Assembly: GCF_042661105.1 (NCBI RefSeq)
Contig: NZ_JBHSVP010000001.1
From: Paracoccus cavernae
GTDB lineage: Bacteria > Pseudomonadota > Alphaproteobacteria > Rhodobacterales > Rhodobacteraceae
Length of the DNA stretch: 24,000 nucleotides
Reading direction: 5' to 3' (one strand)
This document shows, one piece after another, positions 23,313 to 24,000 of the stretch. The position numbers were made by a program, and so were the translations under genes. The notes under the pieces are model-generated. The model had not been told where the DNA came from and ran no database searches. It worked only from the letters and a program-made list of their open reading frames with translations. Position 1 is the first letter of the stretch, and each line of letters starts with the position of its first letter.

Positions 23313-24000
23313 TTATTTCACGATGTTATGCTCGGGGCCGAAGGGGAATTTCGTGATGTTTTCAGCGCCGTTTTCCTCGATCACGAGGATGTCGTGCTCG
23401 CGGTAGCCACCCGCGCCGGCCATGCCTTCGGGGATGGTCAGCATCGGCTCCATCGAGACGACCATGCCCGGCTCGAGCACGGTGTCGATATCCTCGCGCA
23501 GCTCCACGCCCGCCTCGCGGCCGTAGTAGTGCGAAAGCACGCCGAAGGAATGGCCATAACCGAAGGAGCGGTAGCCGAGCAGGTTGTAGCTCGCGTAGAT
23601 CTCGTTCAGCTCGGCGGCGACCTCGCTGCATTTCGCGCCCGGAACCAGCAGTTCGAGACCGCGGCGATGGACCTCGACGTTGACCTCCCAGATTTTCAGA
23701 TGGGCGTCGCTCGCGTGGTCAAGGAAGAGCGTGCGCTCGAGCGCGGTGTAATAGCCGGCGATCATCGGGAAGCAGTTGAGCGAGAGGATGTCGCCCTTTT
23801 CCAGCTTGCGCGAGGTGACGGGGTTATGCGCGCCGTCGGTATTGATGCCCGACTGGAACCAGACCCAGGTATCCATCAGCTCGGCATGGGGGAAGGTCTT
23901 GGCGATATGGCGGATCATCGCCTGTGTGCCGGCAAGGGCGATCTCGTATTCCGGAACGCCTTCCTTGATCGCGTCGCGGATCGCCGCCCCGCCCAGATCG
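23313..24000 (-). CDS. Creatinase-like M24-family hydrolase (creatine amidinohydrolase), 5'-truncated by the window edge
   Basis: The track ORF starts at an internal ATG (23918), but the frame stays open to the window end (...DLGGAAIRDAIKEGVPEYEIALAGTQAMIRHI). The C-terminal pita-bread domain carries the creatinase-type metal-free motif FGYGHSFGVLSHYYGREAG and the tail GGYREHDILVIEENGAENITKFPFGPEHNIVK, close to Pseudomonas creatinase as I remember it. Confidence 0.75.
   Translation of the reverse strand, partial: DLGGAAIRDAIKEGVPEYEIALAGTQAMIRHIAKTFPHAELMDTWVWFQSGINTDGAHNPVTSRKLEKGDILSLNCFPMIAGYYTALERTLFLDHASDAHLKIWEVNVEVHRRGLELLVPGAKCSEVAAELNEIYASYNLLGYRSFGYGHSFGVLSHYYGREAGVELREDIDTVLEPGMVVSMEPMLTIPEGMAGAGGYREHDILVIEENGAENITKFPFGPEHNIVK

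Noticed and set aside
1-24000. Searched by eye for CRISPR-like regularly spaced repeats, tRNA/rRNA-like segments, IS inverted repeats, transposase or integrase genes, toxin-antitoxin pairs and defence-system genes
   Set aside because: I found none. The only repeats are the short regulatory-scale ones reported above. Every ORF longer than about 90 aa that is not a shadow ORF has a metabolic, transport or regulator family assignment.

Overview
This is GC-rich bacterial chromosomal DNA. The gene families, codon style and long GC-rich shadow ORFs suggest an alphaproteobacterium, but the taxon cannot be verified from the sequence alone. Twenty protein-coding genes fill nearly the whole window.

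The centre (1298-17774) holds sixteen genes, all on the minus strand, forming a phenylacetate-centred supercluster. In transcription order it contains a five-gene Peripla_BP_6/LIV-type ABC importer, a secreted penicillin-G-acylase-family Ntn hydrolase (pac), and the repressor gene paaX. These are followed by one long operon: paaJ-paaA-paaB-paaC-paaD-paaE-(extra PaaA-like paralogue)-paaZ.

Two plus-strand AI-2E family membrane-protein genes flank this block. The second is an 851-aa fusion of the transporter to a flavodoxin/B12-binding-like module and a C-terminal GAF domain. The right end holds a LysR regulator, an MHS-type MFS transporter and a 5'-truncated creatinase-like gene.

I saw no rRNA, tRNA, CRISPR array, transposase/integrase, phage or recognisable defence genes.

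On the hunt, I do not see a multi-gene system of wholly unknown function; almost every ORF belongs to a recognisable family. The parts that look under-described are:
1. An 18-bp dyad-containing motif shared by the paa and pac promoter regions, which is unlike the E. coli PaaX box as I remember it.
2. The co-directional linkage of importer, periplasmic acylase, paaX and ring-epoxidase genes.
3. A sixth, PaaA-like ferritin-fold gene inside the epoxidase operon with 2 of 6 di-iron ligands substituted.
4. The AI-2E/GAF fusion protein.
5. A very AT-rich island between the ABC operon and pac.

Start coordinates were refined by hand from the ORF track and the printed sequence. The ORF track evidently also uses GTG/TTG starts.
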